Assembly (NCBI GenBank): GCA_041640715.1
Contig: JBEPZU010000001.1
Location: 132,816 to 196,815 of the forward strand
Reading direction: 5' to 3'
DNA from: Thermoproteota archaeon
GTDB lineage: Archaea > Thermoproteota > Thermoprotei > Gearchaeales > Gearchaeaceae
Length of the DNA: 64,000 nt
The translations under genes and the position numbers were made by a program. Shown piece by piece: positions 18,160 through 28,383 of this stretch; the first letter of the stretch is position 1; each line of letters opens with the position of its first letter. The notes under the pieces were generated by a model, which saw only the letters and a program-made list of their open reading frames with translations, searched no databases and was not told the DNA's origin.

Positions 18160-18948
18160 TTGAACTTTTATGTGCAAAAAATCGTCATAAAGCTTGGTGG
18201 TTCGGTAATAACATATAAAGATAAACCTCTTACACCAAGAATTAACGATATAAACAGACTCTCAAGAGAAATTTCAGAAATATTAGGTGAAATTAAGCTA
18301 TGTTTGGTTCATGGAGGGGGATCTTATGGGCATTATATCGCTAAAAAATACGGAATAAACATAATGATGCCCCGGATAAAACTTGGTTTATCGATATTAG
18401 AGTTAGAAATGCGTAAACTCAATCAAATCATAATCAACTCTATGATTAATCATGGTGTTCCGGTGATACCTTTCTCACCTTCTAGCATGATAGTAACAAG
18501 AGAAGGTAAAATAAAGGAGTTTTTTAAAGAAGCTATAATAAAAGCATTAGAATGGGATTATGTTCCTTTGCTTTATGGTGACTTCGTCTTCGATGAGTTA
18601 CTAGGGTGTACAATTTTCTCAGGAGATCAGCTCAGTCTAGAGCTTGCTAAATTGATCAATGCTGATAAAATAATTTTCTGCTTAGATACGGCTGGAGTTT
18701 ACGATAAAGATCCTAAGAAGCATAATGAGGCTAAGCTATTAAAAGAAATAAGACATGAAGAATTGCCTGAAATTTTGAAGCACATGAGTAAAGGGGAAGA
18801 CGCTACAGGGGAAATTTTCAACAAACTGAGTGTGGCTTACGAAGCGGCTAAAAGCGGCATAAAATGCATTTTTATAAATGGTCTCTCGCATGGAATAATT
18901 AAAAGAGTCATATTAGGAGAAAATTTTGTCGGCACTGTTCTTTATTAA
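18160..18948 (+). CDS. ipk: Isopentenyl phosphate kinase
   Basis: IKLGGSVITYK, VHGGGSYGH, PLLYGD, SGD, DATGEI; next to mvk and idsA (start may be GTG 18172). Confidence 0.9.
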   Translation: MNFYVQKIVIKLGGSVITYKDKPLTPRINDINRLSREISEILGEIKLCLVHGGGSYGHYIAKKYGINIMMPRIKLGLSILELEMRKLNQIIINSMINHGVPVIPFSPSSMIVTREGKIKEFFKEAIIKALEWDYVPLLYGDFVFDELLGCTIFSGDQLSLELAKLINADKIIFCLDTAGVYDKDPKKHNEAKLLKEIRHEELPEILKHMSKGEDATGEIFNKLSVAYEAAKSGIKCIFINGLSHGIIKRVILGENFVGTVLY

Positions 18949-18970
18949 CTTAAAGTTATGTTAATGTAGT

Positions 18971-19933
18971 ATGCATGACTTGAAAGAATACGCAGAGAAA
19001 ATAACACAAGAGATAATAAAATATTTGAGTCGTCTTAGACCTGAGGTTCTAAGATCTTCTTCATCTTATCTAATAGTTTCTGGTGGTAAAAAATTGAGGT
19101 CTTATCTATTGATAAAGGTAGCTGAATGTTATGGCCTTGAATTTAAAAGATCTATATATGCAGCGATAGCTGTTGAATTGCTTCATAATTTCAGTTTGAT
19201 TCACGACGATATAATGGACAATGACGAATTAAGGCATGGAAAGCCCACTGTCCACGTAGTTTATGGAATACCATTAGCCATATTAGCAGGAGATACGCTT
19301 TTTTCTTTAGCTTTCAATGCTTTGGGAGAATTAATGTTGGATGAACAGACGAGATCCAAGCTATACAGAGAGTTATCGCTAGCATCGCTTAAACTTTCCA
19401 TAGGCCAGGCTCATGACATAGTTCAATCTTCTAAGGAAACATCTAGCTTTAAGCTTTATTATGAGGTGATAAAATACAAGACTGCTGCGTTATTTGAATG
19501 TAGCGCTGCGATGGGTGCTATATTAGGTGGCGCTTATGAGCACGAGGTAGAAAAATTAAGAGAAATCATGCGTTATGCAGGGATGGCTTTTCAGATAAAA
19601 GATGATATACTAGGTGTTTTTGGAGATCCTAAGGTAACTGGTAAGCCTATAGGTAATGATATAAGAGAAGGCAAAAAAACTTTGATCTTCATTTATGCTA
19701 AGAAGAGACTCGGTGATAAGCTATCTAGATTCGTGGGCAACAAAAACATAAGCGAATCTGAGATGGGGTCTTTCATTGAAGAACTTAAAAGTATAGGCGC
19801 CTATGATTATGCCTTAGAGAGAGCTAGATTATATGAGCGAAAGGCTCTTTCTAGAATAGAAACTTTGAGCAATGATAGGTTAAAAGATTTCCTGAGATTA
19901 TACGTAGAATACTTGGTAGAAAGAAAATATTGA
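18971..19933 (+). CDS. idsA: Geranylgeranyl diphosphate synthase
   Basis: GGKKLR, FSLIHDDIMD (Phe five residues before FARM = short chain), GQ, KTA, FQIKDDILG. Confidence 0.9.
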   Translation: MHDLKEYAEKITQEIIKYLSRLRPEVLRSSSSYLIVSGGKKLRSYLLIKVAECYGLEFKRSIYAAIAVELLHNFSLIHDDIMDNDELRHGKPTVHVVYGIPLAILAGDTLFSLAFNALGELMLDEQTRSKLYRELSLASLKLSIGQAHDIVQSSKETSSFKLYYEVIKYKTAALFECSAAMGAILGGAYEHEVEKLREIMRYAGMAFQIKDDILGVFGDPKVTGKPIGNDIREGKKTLIFIYAKKRLGDKLSRFVGNKNISESEMGSFIEELKSIGAYDYALERARLYERKALSRIETLSNDRLKDFLRLYVEYLVERKY

Positions 19934-21696
19934 TGGAAAATATAAGGGAACTTATATTCAAGAAAGCTCTTTCTAACGCTTATAAGCACCAAGGAAAGGC
20001 AAGTAAAGAAGCAGTTATAAGAAAGGTAATATTTGTAAAGCCTGAGCTAAAGTCTAGAATACGCGAGATTTTAGCCATAGTAGATGAAGTAATAGAAGAA
20101 GTGAATTCTCTTTCTTTAGAAGAACAATATAACTATTTGTTAGTTAAGTATCCAGACGAGCTCAAAGAAGAAAAAATAGAGGAGAAAAAGGAACTTCCTC
20201 CTTTGGAAGAAGCGGAACCAGGTAAGGTGGTAACTAGATTTGCTCCTAATCCAGATGGACCTTTGCACATAGGAAACGTGAGAGCTATGATATTATCTCA
20301 TGAATATGCAAGGATGTACAAAGGTAAGTTTATCCTCAGATTTGAAGATACAGATCCTAGGATCAAGAAACCTTTATTACATATTTATGAAGACGAAAAA
20401 AACGACTACGAATACATAATAAAGGATTTGCATTGGCTTGGTTGCTATCCAGATGAAATATACATCCAATCGGATAGACTTAAAATTTATTACGATTTTG
20501 CTAGGGAATTCATAAAAAGAGGTTTACTCTATTCATGTTTTTGCAATGAGGAGGAAATAAGGAAGAATAGGATGCTAGGATTGGAATGTATCCATAGAAA
20601 TAGAGATCCTGAAGAAAGTCTTAAAGACTTTGAAGAAATGATTGAAGGTAAGCTTAAGAAAGGTGTATTAAGAGTTAAGACAGACCTAAAGCATCCAGAT
20701 CCTAGTGTTAGAGATTGGATAGCCTTTAGAATTATAGATCCTAAGGTATATCCTCATCCTAGGCTTGAAACGATTTCTTCAAGTTTAGGCCATTTACCTT
20801 ATCTTTGGCCGACCTATAATTTTGCATCTAGCTTGGATGACCATTTGATGGGTGTTACACATATATTTAGAGCTAAAGAGCACATGGGCAACACAGTAAA
20901 GCAAGCTTTCATCTATGAAGGAATGGTATGGAAAAAACCTATAGTTATACATTACGGACGGATAAAATTTGAAAATGTTGTTCTTTCTAAAAGTAAAATA
21001 ATTGAAGGAATAAAGAAGAATAAGTTCGAGGGGTTTGACGACGTAGATCTTGCAACGATCTCAGCTTTTAGAAGAAGGGGGTTTTTACCTAAAAGCATAA
21101 AAGATTTGATTCTAAGTATGGGGATAAAGCCTACCGAAGCTAGGATAAGCTTTGAAAATCTGCATGCCTTGAACAGGAAATTGATAGATCCTATAGTTAA
21201 TAGGTATTTCTTCGTTTCAAAGCCTGTGAAGGTGAAGCTGAAGATGGAGGAATCCATTAAAGTCAAAAGGCAGCTACATCCTTCAAGAAAGGAATTCTTT
21301 GAATATGAGTTAATCCCAAAAGATGGGTACGTAGAAGTATTCTTAGATGAACCAGATCTTGAAGAAAATTTGGAAGTCAGATTAATAGAACTTGGGAACT
21401 TCAGGATCTTCAAAGAAGGAGACTCTTATATAGGAATCCAGTTAGAAGACAATTCCTTAGAATACTCTAGAAGAAGGAAGTTAAAATTGATACAATGGAT
21501 ATATGAAGGATATAGCATTGATTGCGAAATAAAAGTTCCTTCATACATAATTCCTTCGAAAAAAATCCATGGAAAAGCCGAATTTGAAATTGCAAAACTA
21601 GAGCCAAATACATCCTTGCAATTCATTAGATATTTTTTTGCAAAACTAGATTCTATCTCGGACACCAAAGCAATTCTGTTCTATTTACATCAATGA
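19930..21696 (+). CDS. gltX: Glutamyl-tRNA synthetase
   Basis: RFAPNPDGPLHIGN, RFEDTDP, PTYNFA, THIFRAKEH, VLSKS. Confidence 0.95.
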   Translation: MMENIRELIFKKALSNAYKHQGKASKEAVIRKVIFVKPELKSRIREILAIVDEVIEEVNSLSLEEQYNYLLVKYPDELKEEKIEEKKELPPLEEAEPGKVVTRFAPNPDGPLHIGNVRAMILSHEYARMYKGKFILRFEDTDPRIKKPLLHIYEDEKNDYEYIIKDLHWLGCYPDEIYIQSDRLKIYYDFAREFIKRGLLYSCFCNEEEIRKNRMLGLECIHRNRDPEESLKDFEEMIEGKLKKGVLRVKTDLKHPDPSVRDWIAFRIIDPKVYPHPRLETISSSLGHLPYLWPTYNFASSLDDHLMGVTHIFRAKEHMGNTVKQAFIYEGMVWKKPIVIHYGRIKFENVVLSKSKIIEGIKKNKFEGFDDVDLATISAFRRRGFLPKSIKDLILSMGIKPTEARISFENLHALNRKLIDPIVNRYFFVSKPVKVKLKMEESIKVKRQLHPSRKEFFEYELIPKDGYVEVFLDEPDLEENLEVRLIELGNFRIFKEGDSYIGIQLEDNSLEYSRRRKLKLIQWIYEGYSIDCEIKVPSYIIPSKKIHGKAEFEIAKLEPNTSLQFIRYFFAKLDSISDTKAILFYLHQ

Positions 21697-21759
21697 ATAG
21701 CTTTAGTAAAAAGTAATGCTTAAATACCAAATATAATGAAAGAATATTACTAGTTTAAC

Positions 21760-22173
21760 ATGTCGCCTAAAAAACCGATATATGTTAGGTTTGAGGTAAG
21801 TCCTGATCTATATGAGAAAATATACGAGCTAGTTAGGAGTAGTAGAGAGACCGGCAAAATCAAGAAAGGGGTCAATGAAACAACAAAATCCATTGAGAGG
21901 AATCAAGCGAAATTCGTAATAATAGCTGAGAATGTTGATCCTCCTGAGGTTGTAGCACATCTTCCTTTGCTTTGCGAAGAAAAAGGGATACCTTATTTAT
22001 ATATAGATGACAAAAAGAAACTAGGCGAAGCTGCTGGAATTAATGTAGCAGCTTCTTCCGTAGCTATCTTGGATGTAGGTAATGCTAAAAGCTTGTACGA
22101 TGAACTTGTGGCCAAGTTTTCAGAGTTAAAATCAAAAATAACTCCTCAAGAAGCTAAGGTAGCTAAGAAGTAA
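21760..22173 (+). CDS. rpl7ae: 50S ribosomal protein eL8 (L7Ae)
   Basis: [34 protein letters not shown]. Confidence 0.96.
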   Translation: MSPKKPIYVRFEVSPDLYEKIYELVRSSRETGKIKKGVNETTKSIERNQAKFVIIAENVDPPEVVAHLPLLCEEKGIPYLYIDDKKKLGEAAGINVAASSVAILDVGNAKSLYDELVAKFSELKSKITPQEAKVAKK

Positions 22174-22388
22174 TGAGCGAAAAAAGCGAAGCTGTGCCTG
22201 CTGAAGTAATAGAAATATTAGGAAGAACCGGTATTGGAGGAGAGGTAATTCAAGTAAGGGCAAAGATACTTGAAGGGAAAGATAAAGGTCGTGTTTTGAC
22301 CAGGAATGTCAAGGGGCCTGTTAGAGTAGGTGATATATTAATGTTAAGGGAAACCGAGAGGGAAGCCAGAAAACTTACATTTAAATGA
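22173..22388 (+). CDS. rps28e: 30S ribosomal protein eS28
   Basis: [31 protein letters not shown]. Confidence 0.96.
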   Translation: MSEKSEAVPAEVIEILGRTGIGGEVIQVRAKILEGKDKGRVLTRNVKGPVRVGDILMLRETEREARKLTFK

Positions 22389-22577
22389 ATGGTAACAGAA
22401 TACATTTGTAGTTTTTGCGGTTTAAAATTCGATAAATCTAAAGGGATTACTTTTGTCAAAAACGATGGAACTATACTTAGGTTTTGTTCAAGTAAGTGTA
22501 GGAAGAACATGTTAAAGCTTAAAAGGAACCCTGTGAAGCTCAAGTGGACAGCTTTTTATCCTAGGTCCTCAAAATAA
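22389..22577 (+). CDS. rpl24e: 50S ribosomal protein eL24
   Basis: CSFCG, FCSSKC, RNPVKLKWT. Confidence 0.95.
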   Translation: MVTEYICSFCGLKFDKSKGITFVKNDGTILRFCSSKCRKNMLKLKRNPVKLKWTAFYPRSSK

Positions 22578-22601
22578 GTTATAGAATTATTTTTAAGGCT
22601 T

Positions 22602-24353
22602 ATGAGGATTAGACAGCCAGTAGTGGTGGTATTGGGTCATGTAGATTCGGGTAAGACTTCTTTGTTAGATAAGATTAGAGGCACCGCTGTTCAGCTAAAA
22701 GAAGCAGGAGGGATAACTCAGCATATAGGTGCATCGTATTTGCCCATTCAAACTATTGAGAAAATAGCATCAGAATTGCTTACGAAATATAAGATAAAGC
22801 TTTCGATACCTGGAATATTGTTCATAGATACTCCTGGCCATGAAATATTCTCAAATTTGAGGAGAAGAGGAGGTTCTGTTGCAGACATCGCTATATTAGT
22901 TGTGGATATTCTAAAAGGATTTGAAAAACAGACTTATGAAAGCCTAGAAATATTAAAGCAGAGAAAGGTATCTTTCGTAGTAGCTCTAAATAAGTTGGAC
23001 AGGCTGGAAGGATGGAGGTCTGAAAATGTGTTCTCTTTTTTGGTTTCTCTTCAGAAACAAGATGAAAGAGTCAAAGAAAAGCTAGACAACAGAGTATATG
23101 AAATAGTCAACATTTTAGCCAGGAATGGTTTTGAAGCAGAGAGATTCGATAGAGTAAGGGATTTTTCTAAGCAAATAGCTGTGATTCCTTTAAGTGCGAT
23201 ATACGGAATAGGTATAGCAGAACTTTTGTTGGTGATAAGCGGTATTTGTCAGAATTACTTGAAGAGTAGCTTGGCTTATACAGAAGGTCCAGCTCAAGGC
23301 GTAGTTATAGAAGTAAAAGAAGAGACGGGTTTGGGTAAGACTTTGGATGCAATAATATTCAATGGTATTCTTAAAAAGAATGATATTATAGTCTTGGCGG
23401 GTTTAAACGGAATAATAACAACTAGGGTTAAGGCGTTGTTGCTACCTAAGCCTTTGGATGAAATGCGCGCTCCTGAGGATAGATTTTTAAATATAAATGA
23501 AGTAGTAGCAGCTGCAGGAGTTAAAATTGTAGCAAGCGATTTGGATGAAGCTCTAGCAGGGTCTCCTTTGTATGTCGCTTCTGAGGAGAATTTGGATGAA
23601 ATAAAGAAACTTGTAATGGAGGAAATTAAAAGCTTGAGGATAAAGTATGATAAGGAAGGCGTTGTAGTTAAGACTGATACATTGGGAAGTCTCGAAGCGC
23701 TTTCCTCATATCTCAGATCTCAAGGTATACCTATAAGGTTAGCAGATATAGGACCTGTTACTAAGAATGATGTCTTTGAAGCTTACGTAACTAAGGAATT
23801 AGATAAAAAATATGGTGTTATCTTAGCTTTCAACGTCAAAATATTACCTGATGCGGAAGAAGAAATATTGGGCAAGCAGATCAAAGTATTCCAAGGTAAC
23901 ATCATTTACAAAATAGTTGAGGAATACCTAGATTGGGTTAGGAAATTGAAGGAAGAAGAGAAAAAGGAGCTAATAAGCAAACTACCAACGCCTGCTTTAA
24001 TAAGGATTTTGCCTGGCTATGTGTTTAGAAGAAGCGATCCTGCAATAGTAGGAGTAGAAGTGTTGATGGGCAAGATAAAACCTAATCTGCTTTTGATGAA
24101 CAAAAACAAGAGAATATTAGGATCTGTGCTACAAATCCAAGATAGAGGTAAAATTTTAGAAGAAGCTAGCAAAGGAATGAAGGTAGCGATATCTATAAAG
24201 GGCGATGCCTTCGTAGGTAGGAATTTATTCGAAAACGATCAACTTTTCTCAGTAATTCAAAGAGAAGAAGCTAAAATATGGTTAGAAAAGCTACGTGAAG
24301 AACTGAGCTCTGAGGAGATAGCTTATTTGGAACAAATTCTCCGTGAGGGCTAA
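22602..24353 (+). CDS. infB: Translation initiation factor aIF5B (IF-2)
   Basis: RQPVVVVLGHVDSGKT, EAGGITQHIGA, DTPGHE, NKLD, DTLGSLEAL. Confidence 0.96.
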   Translation: MRIRQPVVVVLGHVDSGKTSLLDKIRGTAVQLKEAGGITQHIGASYLPIQTIEKIASELLTKYKIKLSIPGILFIDTPGHEIFSNLRRRGGSVADIAILVVDILKGFEKQTYESLEILKQRKVSFVVALNKLDRLEGWRSENVFSFLVSLQKQDERVKEKLDNRVYEIVNILARNGFEAERFDRVRDFSKQIAVIPLSAIYGIGIAELLLVISGICQNYLKSSLAYTEGPAQGVVIEVKEETGLGKTLDAIIFNGILKKNDIIVLAGLNGIITTRVKALLLPKPLDEMRAPEDRFLNINEVVAAAGVKIVASDLDEALAGSPLYVASEENLDEIKKLVMEEIKSLRIKYDKEGVVVKTDTLGSLEALSSYLRSQGIPIRLADIGPVTKNDVFEAYVTKELDKKYGVILAFNVKILPDAEEEILGKQIKVFQGNIIYKIVEEYLDWVRKLKEEEKKELISKLPTPALIRILPGYVFRRSDPAIVGVEVLMGKIKPNLLLMNKNKRILGSVLQIQDRGKILEEASKGMKVAISIKGDAFVGRNLFENDQLFSVIQREEAKIWLEKLREELSSEEIAYLEQILREG

Positions 24354-24384
24354 GTTTTTATAAAGATTTTACTCTATACTTTCT

Positions 24385-24726
24385 ATGACCGAGTTTAAGG
24401 TCGTTATATCGAATCCTAAAGATGGAAAATCGAAGACCGTAGTGGTTAAAGATCAACAAGCCAGGGCATTGATCGGATTGAAGATAGGAGATGTGTTCGA
24501 TGGCTTCATAATAGGAGAAAAAGGAGTGAAACTCAAGATAACTGGCGGTTCTGATAGAAGTGGTTTTCCTATGCTAGCTAGCATTCCAGGGGGTGTCAAG
24601 AAGAGCTTAATATTGAGCAGAGGGATAGGAATGAAATCAAAGGAGTATACTAGAAAAAGGAAGACAGTGAGGGGTAATATGATAACCGAAGATACTGCAC
24701 TAATCAATACCGTTATCGTAGAATAA
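24385..24726 (+). CDS. rps6e: 30S ribosomal protein eS6
   Basis: FKVVISNPKDG, LKITGGSDRSGFPM, RKRKTVRGN. Confidence 0.95.
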   Translation: MTEFKVVISNPKDGKSKTVVVKDQQARALIGLKIGDVFDGFIIGEKGVKLKITGGSDRSGFPMLASIPGGVKKSLILSRGIGMKSKEYTRKRKTVRGNMITEDTALINTVIVE

Positions 24727-24791
24727 ATGAGAAAATTTCATTTAATATCAATTACGAGTAATTTTAAATTTTTCCTTTAAGTTAATTTGTT

Positions 24792-26048
24792 GTGTTCGAA
24801 GAACTAGGTCAACCTAGGTTAAATATAGGCACTTTGGGTCATGTTGATCATGGGAAAACTACATTAGTTAATGCCTTAACAGGTGTTTGGACTGCTAAGT
24901 ATTCAGAAGAAATAAGAAGAGGTATGACGATAAAACTAGGCTATGCTACTGCGATAATCATGAAATGTCCCAGATGTCTTGCCCCTGATAATTATCAAAC
25001 CTATTCCCTATCCAATAAGGGTAAGTGCATTCATTGTGGTTCAGATCTTATTCCTATAAGGAGAGTATCTTTCGTAGACTGTCCTGGTCACGACATGCTC
25101 ATAGCTACGATGTTATCCGGTGCGGCTATAATGGACGCTGCTATTTTGGTGATAGACGCTACAGTTCCTTGCCCTCAACCTCAAACTAGAGAACATCTTA
25201 AGACTTTGGAAATAATAGGTCTGAAGAACATCATAATAGTCCAAAACAAGTTAGATGTTGTTTCCAAAGAAAGAGCTTTAGAAAATTACGAAGAGATAAA
25301 GAGAATGATAAACAGCACTTTCTTAGCAGAAATAAACCCTGTAGTTATACCCGTATCTGCTTTGCACAAAGCAAATCTAGATTTAGTAGTAGAATCTATT
25401 GAAACTTTTTTCCCAAATCCTCAAAAAGATGAATCTAGCCCTCCTCTGGTATACGTGGTTAGGTCCTTCGATGTAAATAAACCCGGAATTAAATATGATG
25501 AGTTAAAAGGAGGCGTAATAGGAGGTTCTATAGTGAGGGGTAAGTTAAAAGTGGGGGATGAAATAGAAATAAGGCCCGGCTATAGAATTAAAAAGGAAGG
25601 CAAGGTTGTTTATGTACCTTTAGAAACTGAAGTAGTTAGTCTGAAGAGCGATGATCTAGATTTAAAGGAAGCTGTTGCTGGAGGATTAATAGGCATAGAA
25701 ACAAATCTCGATCCTTCAATAACTAAGGGAGATCAATTAGTAGGAAGTGTAGTTAGTCTAGCCGGTAAGTCCCCTCCTTTATGGAACAGTTTAAGGGTTA
25801 GCTATGTTTTGTTCGATAAAGTTGTAGGGACTAAAGAACCTATAAATGTCGAACCTCTAAAAGTTAAAGAAGAATTGGTCTTGAACGTAGGGCCTGCTAG
25901 AACGATAGGCACAATTAGCTCGGTGAAGAATGATGTATTCACTATTAATCTCTCGGTACCTGTGTGCGCAGAGCTTAAAACAAAGGTGGTTATAAGCAGG
26001 AAGATTGCAGGTAAGTGGAGATTAGTAGGTTATGGAGAAATAATATGA
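24792..26048 (+). CDS. eif2g: Translation initiation factor aIF2 gamma
   Basis: NIGTLGHVDHGKTT, RRGMTIKLGY, Zn ribbon, DCPGH, PQPQTREH, RSFDVNKPG, WRLVGYG. Confidence 0.96.
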   Translation: MFEELGQPRLNIGTLGHVDHGKTTLVNALTGVWTAKYSEEIRRGMTIKLGYATAIIMKCPRCLAPDNYQTYSLSNKGKCIHCGSDLIPIRRVSFVDCPGHDMLIATMLSGAAIMDAAILVIDATVPCPQPQTREHLKTLEIIGLKNIIIVQNKLDVVSKERALENYEEIKRMINSTFLAEINPVVIPVSALHKANLDLVVESIETFFPNPQKDESSPPLVYVVRSFDVNKPGIKYDELKGGVIGGSIVRGKLKVGDEIEIRPGYRIKKEGKVVYVPLETEVVSLKSDDLDLKEAVAGGLIGIETNLDPSITKGDQLVGSVVSLAGKSPPLWNSLRVSYVLFDKVVGTKEPINVEPLKVKEELVLNVGPARTIGTISSVKNDVFTINLSVPVCAELKTKVVISRKIAGKWRLVGYGEII

Positions 26049-26425
26049 GATATCTATTTTTGGATACGAGTTTTCTTATTTCAATGGTTGAAATAGGACG
26101 GGATTTGATAGAAGTTGGGAAAGATTATGCTAAAGAAGAACTAATACCAGCGACTTCAAGCTTCGTAGTGAAAGAACTTGGATTTTTGAGCAAAAAGAAA
26201 GATAAAATTGGCAAGATTGCAAAACTTGCTCTTGAGATTACCTCGAAGTTCAAAATATTCGAAGAATATAGCAATGTTAGCACTGACGATTCCTTAATAG
26301 AATTGTGCTTAAATAACAACGGTATATTGGCTACTTCAGATTTGGAAATGCTGAAAAAGGCTTTAAAGAAAGGGTTGTCTGTGCTTTATTTAAGAAACGA
26401 AAGAGAATTGGTATATATTTCTTAA
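26045..26425 (+). CDS. PIN-domain protein (Fcf1/Utp24-like)
   Basis: FLDTSFL, V..EL, TDD, LATSD; conserved position after aIF2g; ATG 26045 overlaps aIF2g stop. Confidence 0.85.
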   Translation: MRYLFLDTSFLISMVEIGRDLIEVGKDYAKEELIPATSSFVVKELGFLSKKKDKIGKIAKLALEITSKFKIFEEYSNVSTDDSLIELCLNNNGILATSDLEMLKKALKKGLSVLYLRNERELVYIS

Positions 26426-26524
26426 AATTGAAAACTCGGTACAGTTTTCTACTTTCGAAAGACTGAGTTAATTTTTTAAACATATAAGTTTTAAATAATA
26501 TCTCGTTTAAGTTGGTGAGCTAGA

Positions 26525-27088
26525 TTGTTTAGAGTAGTTACAGCTAAAATCACGATCGGTATACCTGCTAGAACTATAAGTCCAAAAGAGAGTCTTGATG
26601 AGGTAGTGTTAAATTTAGCTAGGAAAGAATATGAAGATAACTTCATTGAAGGGGTAGGATATATAATTGCGGTGTTATCTGCCAAAGTGCCTCGTTTCGC
26701 GGTGATCTTTCCAAGATCAGGAAGTCTTTACGTTGAGGTTGAAATCGAAATGTTAGTCTGGTATCCTGTGATAAAAGAAGTCGTACCTGCAATAGTTTCA
26801 GCTGTAAGGGAATTCGGTTGTTTCTTAGAAATAGGACCAATAGAAGGATTGGTTCATATATCGCAGGTATTAGACGATTTCGTGAGCTATGATAAGAGAG
26901 GAATGGCTATAGTTGCAAAGAAGACTAAAAGAATTCTCACGAAACAGGCTGAAGTTAGGGCTAGGATTATATCTGTGAGTTACGGCTCTTCAGGATCTTT
27001 AAAGCTAGCTTTTACCATGAGACAACCCTTTCTAGGTAAACTTGATTGGATAAAGGAGCAGGTTGAAAAAACAGCTAAGAAGAAATAA
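26525..27088 (+). CDS. rpoE1: RNA polymerase subunit E' (Rpo7)
   Basis: S1 domain FGCFLEIGPIEGLVHISQV.DD, TMRQPFLGKLDWI. Confidence 0.93.
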   Translation: MFRVVTAKITIGIPARTISPKESLDEVVLNLARKEYEDNFIEGVGYIIAVLSAKVPRFAVIFPRSGSLYVEVEIEMLVWYPVIKEVVPAIVSAVREFGCFLEIGPIEGLVHISQVLDDFVSYDKRGMAIVAKKTKRILTKQAEVRARIISVSYGSSGSLKLAFTMRQPFLGKLDWIKEQVEKTAKKK

Positions 27089-27089
27089 C

Positions 27090-27299
27090 ATGGTCAGAAA
27101 GGCAACTTATGGATTGAAGGCTTGTCTTAATTGCAAAATGCTCTCTGATAAGAAGGAAAAAATATGTCCTAATTGTGGCAGTAAAAATTTCTCAGATGAG
27201 TGGAGTGGAATGGTAGTAATATTGAATGTCAATAAATCTCAGCTTGCTGCTTTGCTTAACATAAAAAAGGAAGGAATTTATGCAGTCAAAGTCAGATGA
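27090..27299 (+). CDS. spt4: Transcription elongation factor Spt4 (RpoE'')
   Basis: KACLNC, CPNCGS, EWSGMVVI, GIYAVKV; start set to ATG 27090. Confidence 0.93.
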   Translation: MVRKATYGLKACLNCKMLSDKKEKICPNCGSKNFSDEWSGMVVILNVNKSQLAALLNIKKEGIYAVKVR

Positions 27300-27876
27300 T
27301 CTAGTTAGTTTTGAGAGCAAGGGAAAAGAAAGGCTGTTTTACATTAAGATCAATTCTAGATTTAAGGATCTAAGGAAAAAGCTCAAAAAACCCTTAGGCA
27401 TGCTAATCCCTCTAGAACATCCTCAATCTACTGAATATTTAAAGGAAGTGATTGAATTGTTAAAGCCTCCCCGCATAATAGCTATAGGGGATAGAATAAA
27501 CTCCTACCTAATTGAGCTAGGTATAAAACCAGACTTAGCCATAATAGATAAAAAAGTAGAAAGAAAGGCTTTCGATTTTCTCGATTTCTCTAAGTTTTTT
27601 GAGTACAAGGTGAAAGTGGAAAACCCTCCTGGAAAAATAAAAAAATCAGCCTATGAAGAAATTAAAATGGCCTTTAGGCATAGAAAGGCTTTGGTGGAAG
27701 TAGAAGGTGAAGAAGATCTTCTAACTTTAGTTGCTATAAAGGAAAGCGAGATTAATTCACTTGTATTATATGGCATTCCTAAGCTAGGATGTGTAGCTGT
27801 GATTTGCACAAAAAATAAAAAAGACTTCGTAGATAAAATAATCTTACTGAGTATGTATGGAAGGCAGCAAAATTAA
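27280..27876 (+). CDS. GTP-dependent dephospho-CoA kinase (DUF359)
   Basis: LKKPLG, IGD, IIDKKVER, NPPG, VEGEEDLL, LYGIP; conserved position between spt4 and eS24. Confidence 0.88.
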   Translation: MQSKSDDLVSFESKGKERLFYIKINSRFKDLRKKLKKPLGMLIPLEHPQSTEYLKEVIELLKPPRIIAIGDRINSYLIELGIKPDLAIIDKKVERKAFDFLDFSKFFEYKVKVENPPGKIKKSAYEEIKMAFRHRKALVEVEGEEDLLTLVAIKESEINSLVLYGIPKLGCVAVICTKNKKDFVDKIILLSMYGRQQN

Positions 27877-28222
27877 CATTTTAAGCAGTTTCGAGAATCC
27901 TTATTTCAATAGAACCGAATATTACATTGAAGTCAATCTAGAAAAGTCCAAATTTCCTTCGAGAGCGGAGTTTAGAGCTTTACTCTCGAAGCAATTGGAC
28001 ATACCAGAGGAATTGTTGGTGATTAAATGGATTAGAAGCGAATTTGGAGGGATTAAATGTTATGCTGAGGTGTTTGCCTATAAAGATAAGGAAAGTTTAA
28101 AAATAGAACCTACTCACATCTTGCTAAAGCATCTTAATAAGGAAGAAAGAGCTAAGAGAATAGAAGAAATGAAGAAGAAAAAGCTAGAAGCTAAAAAGGC
28201 TAAAGAGGTATCTAAGAAATGA
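27857..28222 (+). CDS. rps24e: 30S ribosomal protein eS24
   Basis: ENPYFNRTE, PSR, I.SEFG, EP.HIL; position before eS31. Confidence 0.85.
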   Translation: MEGSKINILSSFENPYFNRTEYYIEVNLEKSKFPSRAEFRALLSKQLDIPEELLVIKWIRSEFGGIKCYAEVFAYKDKESLKIEPTHILLKHLNKEERAKRIEEMKKKKLEAKKAKEVSKK

Positions 28223-28383
28223 CTTATATACACAAACTTTACGAAGTAGACTATTCAACTGGTAAAGTTAAGAGATTAAATAAGCGATGTCCTAGATGCA
28301 ATGTTTTCATGGGTAGACATAATAATCCTCCTAGATGGGCTTGCGGGAAATGTGGCTATACAGAATTCATTCCTAAGAAGTAA
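28219..28383 (+). CDS. rps27ae: 30S ribosomal protein eS31 (S27ae); missed by the ORF track (54 aa)
   Basis: Manual translation MTYIHKLYEVDYSTGKVKRLNKRCPRCNVFMGRHNNPPRWACGKCGYTEFIPKK. Confidence 0.95.
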   Translation: MTYIHKLYEVDYSTGKVKRLNKRCPRCNVFMGRHNNPPRWACGKCGYTEFIPKK

